DNA from: Octopus vulgaris
Lineage: Eukaryota
Reading direction: 5' to 3'
Assembly (NCBI GenBank): GCA_951406725.2
Contig: OX597829.1
Location: forward strand, 56,792,001 to 56,856,000
Length of the DNA stretch: 64,000 nucleotides
The position numbers and the translations under genes are program-made. Positions within the stretch are counted from its first letter, which is position 1; the number at the start of each line of letters is the position of its first letter. The notes under the pieces are model-generated. The model was not told where the DNA came from. It ran no database searches and worked only from the letters and a program-made list of their open reading frames with translations. Below, piece by piece: positions 1-13,234 of this stretch.

Positions 1-370
1 GTATTGATGGTTGGGGGGCGAGAAAGGATGGGCAAATCGTGAAAAAGAAATGGAAGAACAGGCTAGCTTTGCATTAAGGTTACAAAGTTAATTTAACCCA
101 GGATTGATTAGTTACATAAGGAATGATGAACAATTAAAAAAATGAGAGAAGTTTCTTAGCTTAGCGGCTGGACATTTCGTGTCATGATATGGTGGTGCCA
201 AATAGCTCAGCAAGATACTCAGTGATACTACCATTATCGGCACTGTCCTTTATTTTAGAAAGAACAGAAGATTCCTAACAAGTCAAACGATCACAAAGAG
301 CCTCTCAATGTGACTTGTAAAAGCTGAAATAAAGGAAGTCTTACATGAATGAAGAAAACAGAAAGAATAC

Positions 371-475
371 CTGGGATTGCTAATATAGCAAGGAGCCTGG
401 AACATATGTTCTGGTATTCACAGTTACATATGATAGCGGGTTCATATGGGATTCTGGTCAGTTTCTCTTTTACCA
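371..475 (-). CDS. NEURL4: NEURL4 exon (VKEKLTRIPYEPAIICNCEYQNICSRLLAILAIP)
   Basis: tgcag|TG, CCAG|gtatt; 105 nt, phase 1 to 1. An alternative donor (CAT|gtaag) at 345 cannot be excluded. Confidence 0.8.
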
Positions 476-821
476 CTGCAAAGTAATGTACATATGTTAG
501 ATGGAATTTGACAGTAAGAAGATATCAATCAACGATATACACAGATGTGCGTGTACACACACACACGAAAGCCTAGCACCCCCAAATTCTTCATGGACAG
601 TGTTGTGATATTACAATGTATATTGAGAATTTTCAGACCTGGCAGATCTATCCCTCTCCAGGTTAGAATCATCATTAATGATGACACTAATGATGACAGC
701 AACAATGATGATAACGATGGTGATGATGATCTTGATGTGGTGGTGATGATGTTGATGATAATGGTGACTTTGATGATGATGAGGAGGATATGAATGATAA
801 CACTGATGATTATAATAATGC

Positions 822-1036
822 TTTCAAATTTTGGCACAAGGCCACCAATTTTGGGGAAGGGGTTAAATCGATTAAATTGACCCTAGTGCTCAATTGGTAC
901 TTATTTCACTGACCCCAGAAGGATGAAAGGCAAAGCCAACCCCGGTGGAATTTGAACTCAGAATGTAAAGATGAAAGAAAAACCACTAAGCATTTTGTCT
1001 GGTGTGCAAATGATTCTGCTAGCTCAGCTCGCTGCC
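822..1036 (-). mobile_element. Second tRNA-derived SINE family (related copies at about 12020-12650, 16640-16835, 20765-20975, 34990-35190, 41455-41905)
   Basis: Recurrent GGATGAAAGGCAAAG...GGAATTTGAACTCAGAA (B box GAGTTCAAATTCC on the minus strand), embedded in (AAT)n. Confidence 0.72.
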
Positions 1037-1189
1037 ATAATAATAACAACAATAATAATAATAACGATGATGACAATGATTGAAAAGATGTCTACATCTT
1101 CCTCCTTCCATATATAAAATATATATACATCTATAGATACACTCACGCACATATACAGACAGCTAGATAGGTAAAACACAATGACATAC

Positions 1190-1268
1190 CATCTTCAAGA
1201 TCTGCCTTTTCTCTATCGTCTTGGTACACAATAGACGAACTATTATTCTGGTCAGTTATGAGACTAAT
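1190..1268 (-). CDS. NEURL4: NEURL4 exon (ISLITDQNNSSSIVYQDDREKADLED)
   Basis: ttcag|ATT, G|gtatg; 79 nt, phase 0 to 1; EKAD motif after NHR6. Confidence 0.85.
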
Positions 1269-1539
1269 CTGAAAAGAGGAGAGGATATTGTAAATCAATA
1301 ACAGACATAGAACACAACTGGGATCTAATGAAGGAAAAGAGCCTAGCTGATTAATTATTTATTAATACAAATATATACATATATTTTGGCTGGCAATACT
1401 TGAGATTGCTCTAATCTGGCCAGCCCCAAGGAAAAACTAAGCTAAGAGCATTAGATTCCTTGGAAGAAAGCAGCGAATGTATATGAAAACAAGGACGGAA
1501 AAAGATGGAGAAATGTTACACAAATACGAATGCAAATGC

Positions 1540-1865
1540 ATGGCTTCCGTGCCGGTGGCACATAAAAAGCACCATCCGAATCACGGCCGAAGACAGTGCC
1601 GCCTCGACTGGGTTCTGTGCCGGTGGCACGTAAAATGCACCAATCTGACCGTGGCCGATGCCAGCCTCGCCTGACACCTGTGCGGGTGGCACATAAAAAG
1701 CACCCACTACACTCACGGAGTGGTTGGCGTTAGGAAGGGCATCCAGCTGTAGAAACACTGCCAGATAAGACTGGAGCCTGGTGCAGCCTCCTGGCTTCCC
1801 AGATCCCCGGTCGAACCGTCCAACCCATGCTAGCATGGAGAACGGACGTTAAACGATGATGATGA

Positions 1866-1953
<88 letters not shown>

Positions 1954-2242
1954 TTGGAAATGGATGTGTAGCATTCGATCATATAATATATAAATATATA
2001 CATATACCTCGAACCGATCGTGACCGATGCCGGACCCCCCGGCCCCTGTGCAGGTGGCACGTAAAAAGCACCCACTCCACTCACAGAGTGGTTGGCGTTA
2101 GGAAGGGCATCCAGCCGTAGAAACTCTGCCAGATCAGACTGGAGCCTGGAGCGGCCCCTGGCTTCCCAGACCCCGGTCGAACCGTCCAACCCGTGCTAGC
2201 GCGGAAAACGGACGTTAAACGATGATGATGATGATGATGATG
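1540..2242 (+). mobile_element. Two RTE 3'-UTR-derived (SINE-like) copies separated by (TA)n/(CA)n
   Basis: Both carry GGTGGCACGTAAAAAGCACC-type modules, GGTTGGCGTTAGGAAGGGCATCCAGC and the AACGGACGTTAAAC(GAT)n-type end, like 61680-62039. Confidence 0.82.
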
Positions 2243-2711
2243 ACATACATATATGTACATGCCTACATAAATATGTATATATACATGCATATATGGGTAT
2301 AGGACATTAAAAAAACGTGAATAAAACGAGAACATAGAAAACAAATAGACAAACAAGACAGGCAACTTAAAGAACTGTTGCTTCATCAGTTGTCCCCTGT
2401 TTTATTTACTCTGCGTTTCAAAACCCTACCTTCAAAACGCATTTTTTTAATGTCCTGTACCCACCCAGCAGCTAATATCTGACACACACACACACATTAC
2501 ACCCACAGATAAAATTCACTTTTCCGTGCATGCTATATACATATAGACAAGTAAAAAGCACCTGTGCATGTGACATATAAAAGACACCTGTACTAGTGAC
2601 ACGTAAAAGGCACTGAGCCAGTGACACGTAAAAGGCACCCATACATGTGACATGTGACAGACATCCATACTGGTGACAAAAAATGCATCCAATACACTTT
2701 GTAAAATGGTT

Positions 2712-2890
2712 GGTTCGACCGGGGATCTGGGAAGCCAGGAGGCTGCCCCAGACTCCAGTCTGATCTGGCAGTGTTTCTACAGCTGGATGCCCTTCCTAAC
2801 GCCAACAACTCCAAGAGTGTAGTTGGTGCTTTTTATGTGCCACTGGTACAGGAGCCAGAGGAGGCTGGCAACGGCCACGATCGGTTGGTT
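2712..2890 (-). mobile_element. RTE 3'-UTR-derived copy, inverted
   Basis: Largely the reverse complement of about 1680-1815 and of the 2040-2190 copy. Confidence 0.8.
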
Positions 2891-3175
2891 GGAAGGTAAT
2901 TTCTCCAAAGCTTTAATCTTTTAGCATTTAAACTGGGCATATACGACCAAATAACCAAACTATTTTATCTTCAAACTGGCCAGAGCTGGCCTCTCACACT
3001 TACTCCACAATGTAATTCTCAAAATAATCACATCATCAAAATCTCAAAGCTATGAGATAATTAATTCGAAACACTATGAATAAATACAAGCATCACATTT
3101 GACAGAGAAATATCTGAATGCTAAAGGGTTAATGATTTTGTCAATGATGATAAAAAGATAAGAGGAATAACTTAC

Positions 3176-3355
3176 TTGTTCACACTGTCCATAAAGGTCA
3201 ATGAGACCATAGCAAGGATTAGGTATGTCCCTGGCAGCAATGCCTTGGTCCAAACCATTCACGTATAAGTGCAAACAGTTATCGTCATCAATTAATATAC
3301 CAACTATATGTCCACACTGCAGAGTATCAAGATTAGGGCCATAACATTGCTTCAC
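3176..3355 (-). CDS. NEURL4: NEURL4 exon, end of NHR6 (YGPNLDTLQCGHIVGILIDDDNCLHLYVNGLDQG...LIDLYGQCEQ)
   Basis: tccag|GTG, CAA|gtaag; 180 nt, phase 0 to 0. Confidence 0.93.
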
Positions 3356-4774
3356 CTGGAAAAAAAAAAGAAGAAAAAATCAATACTGTTTCTCAGAACA
3401 TATTGGGGCAAAAGCAAACTCTGGTAATAAGTTTTTAGGGTACACTTTTGTTTATTTTGTCCAAACTAGAGGAATCAAACAGCATGAAGCAGTCAGTTCA
3501 TCTACTTCTTGTTCTTTCTCTCTTTCTCAGTCTTTTTTTCTCTCTCTCTCTCGCTCATCACATTTTATCTCATATTTTGGTAGAAATACAAACAAAACAC
3601 TGCTTTTATTTTCTCCTCTTCTCCTGCTTGCATACACATGCATGCACACATATACCATTATCATTTAATGTCCATTTTCCATGTTGGCATGGGTTGGATG
3701 GTTTGACAGGAGCTGGTAAAGCCAGGAACCACACTAGGCTCTATCAACTGTTCTAACCTGGTTTCTATAGCTGGATGTAAATTGGTTGGTGTCACATCCT
3801 GTGTGAGGCTGAATCACTCTGAGAACTACGTTATGGTATGCATGTCTGTGGAGTAGTCAGCCACTTGCACGTTAATTTTATAAGCAGACTGTTGATCAGA
3901 TAAAGAGGAACCTCATCGTCAGGAGTGCCATTTTTTAAGTGAAAGAAAAGGAAATGTTCCATTCCATAAGGCAGAAATGTCATGTGTTTAGTATAAGCAG
4001 TGAAAGCTAAGACGAAATAATTGCTATTCTGTTGTGTATTCGCCCTCGACTCACGCTCAGTTTGATAACAACAGTCTATCGGTGTTTATCTGGGAGCTTG
4101 GCCTCCAGATCTGTGAGGACTCCCATAGTGACCCTAATGATTAAAATGATTTTCCTGCCGCTATATAGGATATTTTTTCGTTTTCTTCCAACCACTTGAA
4201 GGTTTATCTTGCTCCAGTCCACTCAGCTGGCCAGAATGAGCTGTAGCTGCAATTGAAAGGGGCCAGCCTTGTCATATTCTGTGTGAGGCTGAATCTTCCT
4301 GAGAACTACATTAATGATATGCATGTCTGTCGAGTACTCAGCCACTTGTGAATTAATTTTATCCTCGTGTTGTAAAGAAAAGTGAAAGTGATATCCAGAA
4401 TTCGCTGTGTTTATGTATCTATGAACTTTTCTTTCGATCTACTGACTCTCTCACTTTCTCTTTCACTTCCTCTGTGTCCCTCCTCTCTCCCGCTTTAATA
4501 ATGTGTGTATGTATCTATATAACAACTTTACTTTGGATCTATGTATCTACTTTTCTTGCGATGTGATGAACATTTAAAAACACAAAACAAACGCTGTCAC
4601 CACTCACTCTCTTTCACTCTCTCTTTCTCTCTTACTTCCCCTCTCTTGCTTTGACACTCACTTCTTCTTTGAAGTAAGTGTGACACATACCACAGGTACA
4701 GACAAAAACAAACAAGACTAAGTATATTAATATAATTGATAAACTAATGAAAATAAATTTAATAAATTTCTTAC

Positions 4775-4933
4775 TTTTGTTCCACAAACAAAAACAGAGT
4801 CAGTGTGGATGACGACAGAAGACTTTTTGATGCTGATAGCTGTTACAGGAAAGTTAAATCGATCAGGATTACATCCCAGGATACCTATCATCAGTGATGA
4901 TGTCCATTTGGCATTTATTTTATCAATTTTAAT
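4775..4933 (-). CDS. NEURL4: NEURL4 exon, NHR6 (IKIDKINAKWTSSLMIGILGCNPDRFNFPVTAISIKK...)
   Basis: atag|ATT, AAA|gtaag; 159 nt, phase 0 to 0. Confidence 0.91.
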
Positions 4934-5694
4934 CTATCAAAGAACAAAATAAAAAAGAAAATATTACAATTTAACATACAATTAATTTCTATTTAATAAA
5001 TTTTATAAAATCCCTTTTTTCTATGGTATTTTAATAATTAGAAGTCTCATACTAAAGTTTTTTTTTTATTAAAATTCAATAGAAATTTATTTTATTAAAC
5101 AAATGCTATTCACTATTTTCAAAATATCGTCTTTTATATATAAAATTAAATTCTCTCTCTAAAACAATTTTTGTTTCATTTATAGTCTAATCAAAACTAG
5201 GGGTGGGTGGTAGGGATTGTCAGTAACATTTTGGTAAGTTTTGTGATATTTTTGGAAAATGATTTAAAAAATTCTGTGACAAAATATGTTTGGGAACTGC
5301 AGTTCTAAAGTATCAATGAGTAAAGGGGCTGAAGAAGACTTTGTTTTTATGTAATATGATAGGGTCAGGGGCCAGTTTGCCACACAGTTATAACAAGAGA
5401 ATGAGTTGAACTACAGAACAACAAAACACTAATTAATATTACATATTCGCTTACTGTGGTCAGCCCAGTAATGATGATGAAGTTGATGATGAGAACCATC
5501 TTCATTACAAGATACTCAAACTATCGAATGCTTGACTGGCTGTCCAGTAACTTATCACTTAAATTTCTACACATGTTGTATTTTAGAAATTTTTTTTTTG
5601 CACAATAGCTTTTAAAAGAACCCCACAAAATTTGCATCATTTACATAAAAATTTCAAAGAATAAAAATAAATGAATAATTGATTAAATTTTTAC

Positions 5695-5868
5695 CTGTAG
5701 TAGATAGTTACGTGTCAATGGTCTTCGAGTAACGACAATCGCATGGTTGTAACTGGTGGTACGATGGGCAGACATGTTTTGATTAGATAATGTCACATTT
5801 TTGCCATGGTTTGAATGGAAATCTAAATTCAATGCCTCAGCAGTGTCTTGATCTTGGTCTCCATCCAC
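5695..5868 (-). CDS. NEURL4: NEURL4 exon, start of NHR6 (LDFHSNHGKNVTLSNQNMSAHRTTSYNHAIVVTRRPL)
   Basis: gtag|GTG, CAG|gtaaa; 174 nt, phase 0 to 0. Confidence 0.92.
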
Positions 5869-6005
5869 CTACAACACAGGGAAATGTTCAACATTTAAAT
5901 TAGCATACAGCACAGCATTTACATACAAAGATTTGCTATATAATTATCTTGGAAATTTCTCATTAAAGTTCAGTTGTCAAACAGTCTCCACAAGGAAGTA
6001 ATAGG

Positions 6006-6395
6006 TGTAGGAGTGGCTGTGTGGTAAGTAGCTTGCTAACCAACCACATGGTTCTGGGTTCAGTCCCACTGCGTGGCATCTTGGGCAAGTGTCTTTTACT
6101 GTAGCCCCGGGCTGACCAATGCCTTGTGAGTGGATTTGGTAGACGGAAACTGAAAGAAGCCTATCGTATATATGTATATATATATGTGTGTGTGTGTGTT
6201 TGTCTCCCCAATATTGCTTGATAACCGATGCTGGTGTGTTTACGTCCCCGTCACTTAGCGGTTCGGCAATAGAGACCGATAGAATAAGTACTGGGCTTAC
6301 AAAGGATAAGTCCCGGGGTCAATTTGCTCGACTAAAGGCGGTGCTCCAGCATGGCCGCAGTCAAATGACTGAAACAAGTAAAAGAGTAAAGAGAG
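6006..6395 (+). mobile_element. tRNA-derived SINE (related copies at about 13830-14470, 34120-34270, 39500-39650, 43560-43795, 50600-50745)
   Basis: A box TGGCTGTGTGG, B box GGTTCAGTCCC, body GTGGATTTGGTAGACGGAAACTGAAAGAAGC, tail (GTAAAAGA)n. Confidence 0.75.
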
Positions 6396-7678
6396 TTCTA
6401 CGCCTTGAAAAATTGTTTTAATGTAATACATTTTGTGAACGACTGAATGACCATTGGTCTCAGTCGATCACTTATAAGTTCACTGTCATTTTGATAGCAA
6501 AAGTTAACAAGGGGATGTCTAGGTAACTCAACTGGAAAGGGACATCACAAAGGATATTTTTTGTTTTTACTTTGATACAATGCTTTATAGACAATATTTC
6601 ACCAATACATATATATCTTTCAATTAGAATCTCTCTGTTTCTCAAACGCGTGCACATGCACGCAATGCTTTTACATTTCATTTTACTCGTCCAAATTTCA
6701 ACTACATGGCACTGGAACTTCTTAAATATGCAGTCATGCATGCAACCTTGTAGACAAATTACTTTTGTTTGTGGGAAAATTCCACAAAATTATACAATTC
6801 AAATGTTTTACTCATATTTTCACAAATACATTGTCAATGTTATAAACACTGAAAGGTTAGACAAGATCTGTTTACTGCACTACTGCTAACGTTACAATAA
6901 TGTATAATACATATTACTAGAGTGTAGAAGATATGGTGCTGCAATATAAAAGACATGCTATAATATTACAGAAGGCATTTTGCTCTATATGATATCTACT
7001 ATAATAATACTCGTATATTTCCCCATCACAACATATGAATGAGAAAGGAAGGGGTGATAGATGAATAAGGAAGGAAGGGGTGATGGCAGATTGGAAGTGG
7101 GATGGTGAACATTCAATGCTGAAATGAAAAATCAAACAGCATTTCAACTCTGTGTGAGTATATGTGTGTATGTGTATGCGTGTACAAGGAAAGTATGTGA
7201 ATGTTTGTATCTGTGATTATTATGTACCTTATTTATATATAAAATATTCCAATTAGCCATCATTTTTGACAGCATGGGGCTGGCTAATAGTAAGACATAT
7301 ACTATTTGATACGTTACTTGTTTAAACAAATTGAAAATTTTGGTGCCATGTAAAAAGTAACCCAGTACATTTTATAAAGTGGTTGGCATTATGAAGGGTG
7401 TCCAGCCATAGAAACCATGACAAAACAGATGACTAGAGCCTGGTGCAGCTCTCCAGCCTTGCCAGCTCCAGTAAAACCATCCAACTCACGCCAGAATGGA
7501 ACATAGACATTAAATGATGATGATCATCATTTGAACCATATGTGAAATAATTAATAAATTTAATTAAAAGAAACACAAGAAAAACAATCATTATTTCTAA
7601 AATTTTTAAACAACAACAGCAAGAAAAACATTTAACTTTTGGTTGGACTGGAAGAAATAAATAACCAAAATATTTTAC

Positions 7679-7816
7679 CTCACAAGGGCACTTCCCAACC
7701 GCAGGCGGCAGTGATGCAGGGGTTGGTATACAACTGGAATTACTTTCTGTCAATGCTCTGCTTACAACAGAAACACTTTCAGTTTGACCGTACAAGTCTA
7801 TCACAGCAAACACATT
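7679..7816 (-). CDS. NEURL4: NEURL4 exon, end of NHR5 (NVFAVIDLYGQTESVSVVS...)
   Basis: atag|AAT, GAG|gtaaa; 138 nt, phase 0 to 0. Confidence 0.9.
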
Positions 7817-8752
7817 CTATAATTTGGAAAGAATTGATGCTTCAATCAAATTTTACATATTTTTATATTATACATTCACATAACAGTTGCTCTGTTAATC
7901 CTATTTTTACCACATTTCTGTTGAAATACACTGACTCTGTTTCAATTAAATTTGAAAATAACAAAGAATTTTGGTAAACTGACTGTTATTATTAAAAGCT
8001 GGAATTTGGAATATAAATTAACACGACATTTTGATGGAAGATTTTAATTTAGATCACTTTAAAAACAATAAGTTTGTATTAGAAAACCAAGGATGGTCTC
8101 AGGCAAGCTGGTATTAAAACAGTTAAAACAGCATCACTAGAAAGCAGAGCAGTTAAGTTCTTTCCAAAATTGGACATTTTCTAGTAATTTTTACAAGATT
8201 TTATGCTAAAATTGCCATAAATGGATGATTCTGAGTGTATGTCCAGAAAATTGCTACTGTCATTATTATTCCAGGCACTACCAATTCAAGATCTATGAAA
8301 GAAAGGAACAATTATATAATCAAAAATCTGAAATTTATGATTCAGACAATTCACCAATCTTGATTGATATTTTATTTTATGGACTCCAGAAGGATGAAAA
8401 GCTAAGGTGACCTTATTGTTGTTTGAACTCAGACTATGAAAAGAGCTGGAACAAATACCGAGATAATAATGGTTCTGGCAATTCATTAACGGTAGACAAT
8501 TTGGCTTGTGTGTACATTATTGAAACCAGGTAATTTGTTTTGACAGAGAATGTCCAATGTTGGCTAGTATTGAAGCCATTTCTGTAAAAACCATCTGTAT
8601 GAAAAATCTCAATGGTCAACTAGACAGCAGGTTATTAAAAAAAAATGAAGTGAAAACTGGAGCATAATTGAATTACAAATACAGTGAAAACAAATTCATA
8701 TATCTTTTCAGATACAAGGAATATAAGTTACGTGAACTGAAGTGGAACTTAC

Positions 8753-8851
8753 TTTCGGAATGTTTGAGGCTGCAACACCCATATCTTCTCCGTTAATATA
8801 GATGTGCATGGTTCCATCACTGCATCTCTTTACTCCGATAACATTTTCAAC
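8753..8851 (-). CDS. NEURL4: NEURL4 exon, NHR5 (VENVIGVKRCSDGTMHIYINGEDMGVAASNIPK)
   Basis: tacag|GTT, AAA|gtaag; 99 nt, phase 0 to 0. Confidence 0.92.
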
Positions 8852-10169
8852 CTGTACAAACATAGAAAGTGGCAAATATGACATTCAAACGTGATTTTCT
8901 TTTTTTAAAAACGATATGTCTGATTCAATAGTTATTCATACTTTAGGCAGCAGTTGTCTTCTCTTTATTACAGAACAGAAAGTCAGACCATCTATCATCG
9001 ATGTCTGAATGAGAAGTGCTTTTACTAGTAGCATTGCCTTTGTAGCATCTTCAAAATCAGATGGGACAACTACAGTGTTGTTAAAGGAGCAAAAACAACC
9101 AGACATCGTTAAGAACTACCTTGAAATGGAGGACAGCAGTCTTCCTATGAAAACCCTTTATAATGAGCTGAGAAAGCGGGAAATGAAACTGAGCTAAAGT
9201 GCTTCAAGGAAGCTTTAAAGGAAACACTCGAAAACTGTAGCATTAGTGCCAATAATCAGGAATGCTTTTCTCCACTGATATGGTTTGATCACACAAAAGC
9301 CTGAAACTCTTGATCACACAATCATCTGCTCTACACGGATGTGTTCCTGCATGGCTATAATGTAAAGGCTAAATCAATAAAATAACGAAAAAATACAAGA
9401 CAGGCACACACACACACACACACACACACACTTTTCCATGGTTGCATAGGTCAGATGAAATTCACTGAGGCAGATTTGTCACCAACCCTAACCAGTTCCC
9501 AAGCAAAGGAATATTTCCCTGAACCATTCAAACGTGAACAGTACAATGGCTGGACATGTTTTTGTGGATGACTGCAGACATATGACTACTGTTTTTCTAT
9601 GAATGATGAATATGACTATTTACAGTAAGCATGCAAATGTCCAGACAAATTCACATACAGACATGACGGGTTTCTTACTGATTCCGATTACCTAGTTTCC
9701 ATTCATAAAGCACTCGTTAGCCTGCAGCGGGAATGAAACTCTAACCACATGACCATGCCTGTGCTATATATATATATATATATATATTAGGATTCGAATG
9801 AACCAGGCACTTAAATGGTAAGGCACCAAGTCAGATCAAAATTAAAATACATACGTAACAAAGATAAACAAATACATACACGAGTACCAAAGTATAGGCA
9901 GAAAGATATTCAGGTTATGTATGCGATTAATTGAACCTGACGGAGAATACCACTGACCCATGTGCTAATCAAGAAATGCACATTGTATTATGTATACAGT
10001 CTTTGGGTCACACGAGGAGCAAGTTCTGAGAGAGGCTAATTATAAATAAATAAATAACAATAGATGGATATATATATATATATATATACATACACACACA
10101 CATAGAGAGAGAGAGAGAGAGAGCTAGCCAGCTTCAACATAAATGCATATATTACTAAATATTACTAAC

Positions 10170-10382
10170 CTGCAGCCTATCAAGAGATGGAACATAATTT
10201 TCCCTGATAACAACACCATTTTTCTTAACATCAGATCCACTCACCACCCAAGTGGGTTTAGAAGTTAATCCCTCAATAGATTCCGGCAATAAATTTTGCG
10301 TTGTAGTGTCAGTAATTGATAAAGTGGTTAAACCAAGCTGTAACGAACCTGACCACAACAACGACAGCTGCTCAATTTTCAC
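10170..10382 (-). CDS. NEURL4: NEURL4 exon, NHR5 (VKIEQLSLLWSGSLQLGLTT...NYVPSLDRLQ)
   Basis: tgcag|GTG, CAG|gttag; 213 nt, phase 0 to 0; ORF 10155..10388. Confidence 0.92.
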
Positions 10383-10711
10383 CTGCAACAGAAATAAAAA
10401 TAAAAATAAAAGTACAAGATTATAAACAAATATAACTTTTCTTTTTTTTTTATTTATTTATTTTTATAATTATTAGATACAAATATCATGATAATAGTAA
10501 AACGGTTATATATAAAAAAATTATATCCAAACCCCTGAGGCCTATTTATATTAGTTTCAGACCAATTGCAGTGTGTCACAGACATTGCAACAAAAATTTG
10601 GACACCAAAAATTGAAGTTAACAGTTTTTGAGTGGCTCAGTATATGCCTACCATGCTGTAATTACAATATAACTACAAAAATGTATATTTAATAAGTTAA
10701 AAGGGTAATGA

Positions 10712-11030
10712 CCACCTGCCTCCCTGGTCATGAATGACCATGGGATTGCACCTAGAAAGTTACCCTCAGAGTCACAAGTCCAGGCAAGGCTGTTTATGGA
10801 AGACCATCAGTCACCCATGCCATACCAGCATCCCCTCTCTACACCACTGATGTTATCCAAGGGAAAGGTAAAGGTTGATACAGTTTGGTACCAGTGATGT
10901 CGCAACTCATTTTCTACAGATGAGTGAAATGGAGCAACGTGAAATAGAGTGTCTTGCTCAAGAACACAACACACAGCCTGGTCCGGGAATTAAACACATG
11001 ATTATAACCATTGAGCCGTGTACCTTCACA
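10712..11030 (-). mobile_element. Third SINE-like repeat
   Basis: Minus-strand tRNA-like head followed by TGTGTTCTTGAGCAAGACAC; similar segment at 35770-35830. Confidence 0.55.
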
Positions 11031-11796
11031 TTTAATAAGTAACTAGAGATTAAATAGATTTAGAAACAGAAATGTTAGAATTACAATTATATATTTTCAG
11101 TTATAATTTGTTATAATAAGGATGGATATCAAAGGAAGTGGTACGAGGTAGTGGAAGAAATAATTGGTAGCACAGAAAGAGATAATGAAATAAGTAGTTT
11201 TGGACTCATTTAATTACAATAGCAGCATATTGCAATTGTTAGGAAAGTGATGAGGAACCGTAAGGAAGACATGGCAGGAGCAAATTCAATAAGGGGCTCA
11301 GTTGTGAATATATACATTACACTTCCAGAACCTGTGCTGGCCCTCTTGAGCACTGTGCATTGCTCATTTTCTTTGCTTTTGTCACTTCCATGATGCCCCA
11401 AATCCTGAGATCAGCTTTCGTCATTTTATGCCATGTCTTCCTGAGTTTTCCTCTACCATAAATGCCATCCATATCAAATAGATGATATCTATTTATACGG
11501 CCACCTTCATTCATTCACATCACATGGCAATACCAATGCAGCCTTTGGCACGTACATTTGATGTGGTTCCTCTTGTACCTTGCTTTTCTGGTAGTCAGCA
11601 CTTTCAAAGATGAATGGAATGAGAACTCCCTTACTTAAAAAATAGGTATGGCTTAATGGCAAGTAATGCATTCAGCAGTAAAACAATAACTCAATATGTA
11701 TTCATCTAACTCTTTCTAGTACGGAAAAACAGATGTAAAACAAATGAATGTGTGTGTGTGTGCATGTGTACTTGTGTGTGTTTATGTATATCTTAC

Positions 11797-11936
11797 CTCA
11801 AATAGTTCATCATATCTAAGGGGATCAGAACTAAATACCAGGGCATTCTTAAAGTTCCTTGTACGGCAAGCTATGTTACCATTCTGTTTAATGACTACGT
11901 TTTTACCACAACACTGGCTGAAGCGATGACAAACTT
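11797..11936 (-). CDS. NEURL4: NEURL4 exon, start of NHR5 (VCHRFSQCCGKNVVIKQNGNIACRTRNFKNALVFSSDPLRYDELFE)
   Basis: tgcag|AA, GAG|gtaag; 140 nt, phase 1 to 0. Confidence 0.9.
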
Positions 11937-13009
11937 CTGCAAGAGGAAAAAAAAAAAATAAATAACAATATTTAAATTAGATCAATCAATGCATACTTAT
12001 GACGATAATGATAATTCTATTTAATTTTGGCACAAGGCCAGCAATTCTGAAAGGAGGAGGCAAGTATTACATTGATCCCCAGTATATCACTGGTACTTTC
12101 ATTCTATCAACACTGAAAGGGTGAAAGGCTAAATCAGCCTTGGCAGGATTTAAGTTCAAAACACAAAAAACTTGAAAAATTGCCTTCGTTTTGTCTGATA
12201 CTCTAATGATTCAGCCAGTTTTCTGCATTGATGATAATAATAATAATAATAATAATATTTCTACTACAAGTAGAAGGCAAAGGGGTAAGTTGATTACACT
12301 GGCCCCCAGAGCACAACTGGTATTTAATGACCTTGAAATGATAAAGGCAAAGTTGACCTCAGTAGGATTTAAACCTAGAACTTCAACCTGAAAGAAAAGC
12401 TACTAAGCATTTTGTCTGCTACAGTAATGATAATAATCATTTCTACCCTAAGCACAAAGTCCAAAGTTTTTGGGGAGGTGGCCAGTCAATTAGATTGGCC
12501 CCAGTACACAACTGGTACTTAATTTATTGATCCCAAAAGAATGAAAGGCAAATTGGACCTTGGTGGAATTTGAACTCAGAACACAAAAACACAAAATACT
12601 GCTAAGCATTTCTCCTGGTGTGCTAATGTTTCTGCCAGATTGCCACCTTACAGTAATGATAATAATGCCACCCTAATGATAATAACTAGCAGTGCCCATG
12701 GAAATTCCATAGTTATTTTGAAAATTGTTATGATGAAATTGTATATTTTTCTGAAGCATTTGATTCTATCCAGTCAATGTATTCTTCTTCCACTTTTGGT
12801 CACCCAGTTCTTAAATAATGCTTAATGATTATTTGGGTGTGGCAGAAGAGGAAAGGTGGGGTGTAAGCCTGCTTAAGTCAATCAATACTGACAGTCTCCC
12901 AGTCTCCTGTCTCTCATGAATGCTCAAAGCCTTATTATTTTAGTTTAGCTTTTAACACATGGTACAGGCCAGAATAAACTGTATGCAAGGGAGGCTTGTT
13001 TGTTGTTAA

Positions 13010-13234
13010 CACAATGTTTCGGTTGATATACCCTCCAGCCTTCATCAGGTGCCTTGGGGAAATATCAAACCTGGGTTCTCATTCCTAAGGTATTTTTCGA
13101 TGTCGTTATTATTATTATTATTATTCACATCACTGCCTGGAATTGAACTTGGAATCTTGGGGTTAGTAGCCCGCGCTCTTAACCACTATGCCATATGCCT
13201 GTGGACATATGGCATAGTGGTTAAGAGCATGGGT
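13010..13234 (-). mobile_element. tRNA-headed SINE-like element with a degenerate 3' hammerhead motif; the head is partly duplicated as an inverted repeat
   Basis: Minus 13199-13131 has A box TGGCATAGTGG and B box GTTCAATTCC. Minus 13051-13010 reads CAC-CTGATGA-A-GGCTG..CAACC-GAAA-CATT-GTG. Perfect 23-bp inverted arms at 13175-13197 and 13206-13228. Confidence 0.6.

Noticed and set aside
2293-2463. Element with short inverted ends and a minus-strand CTGATGA preceded by GAAAC
   Set aside because: No stem I or II pairing closes a hammerhead in any permutation I could build
13131-13199. Possible tRNA gene
   Set aside because: A and B boxes are present, but the acceptor stem does not pair properly and it is embedded in a repeat; treated as a SINE-like head
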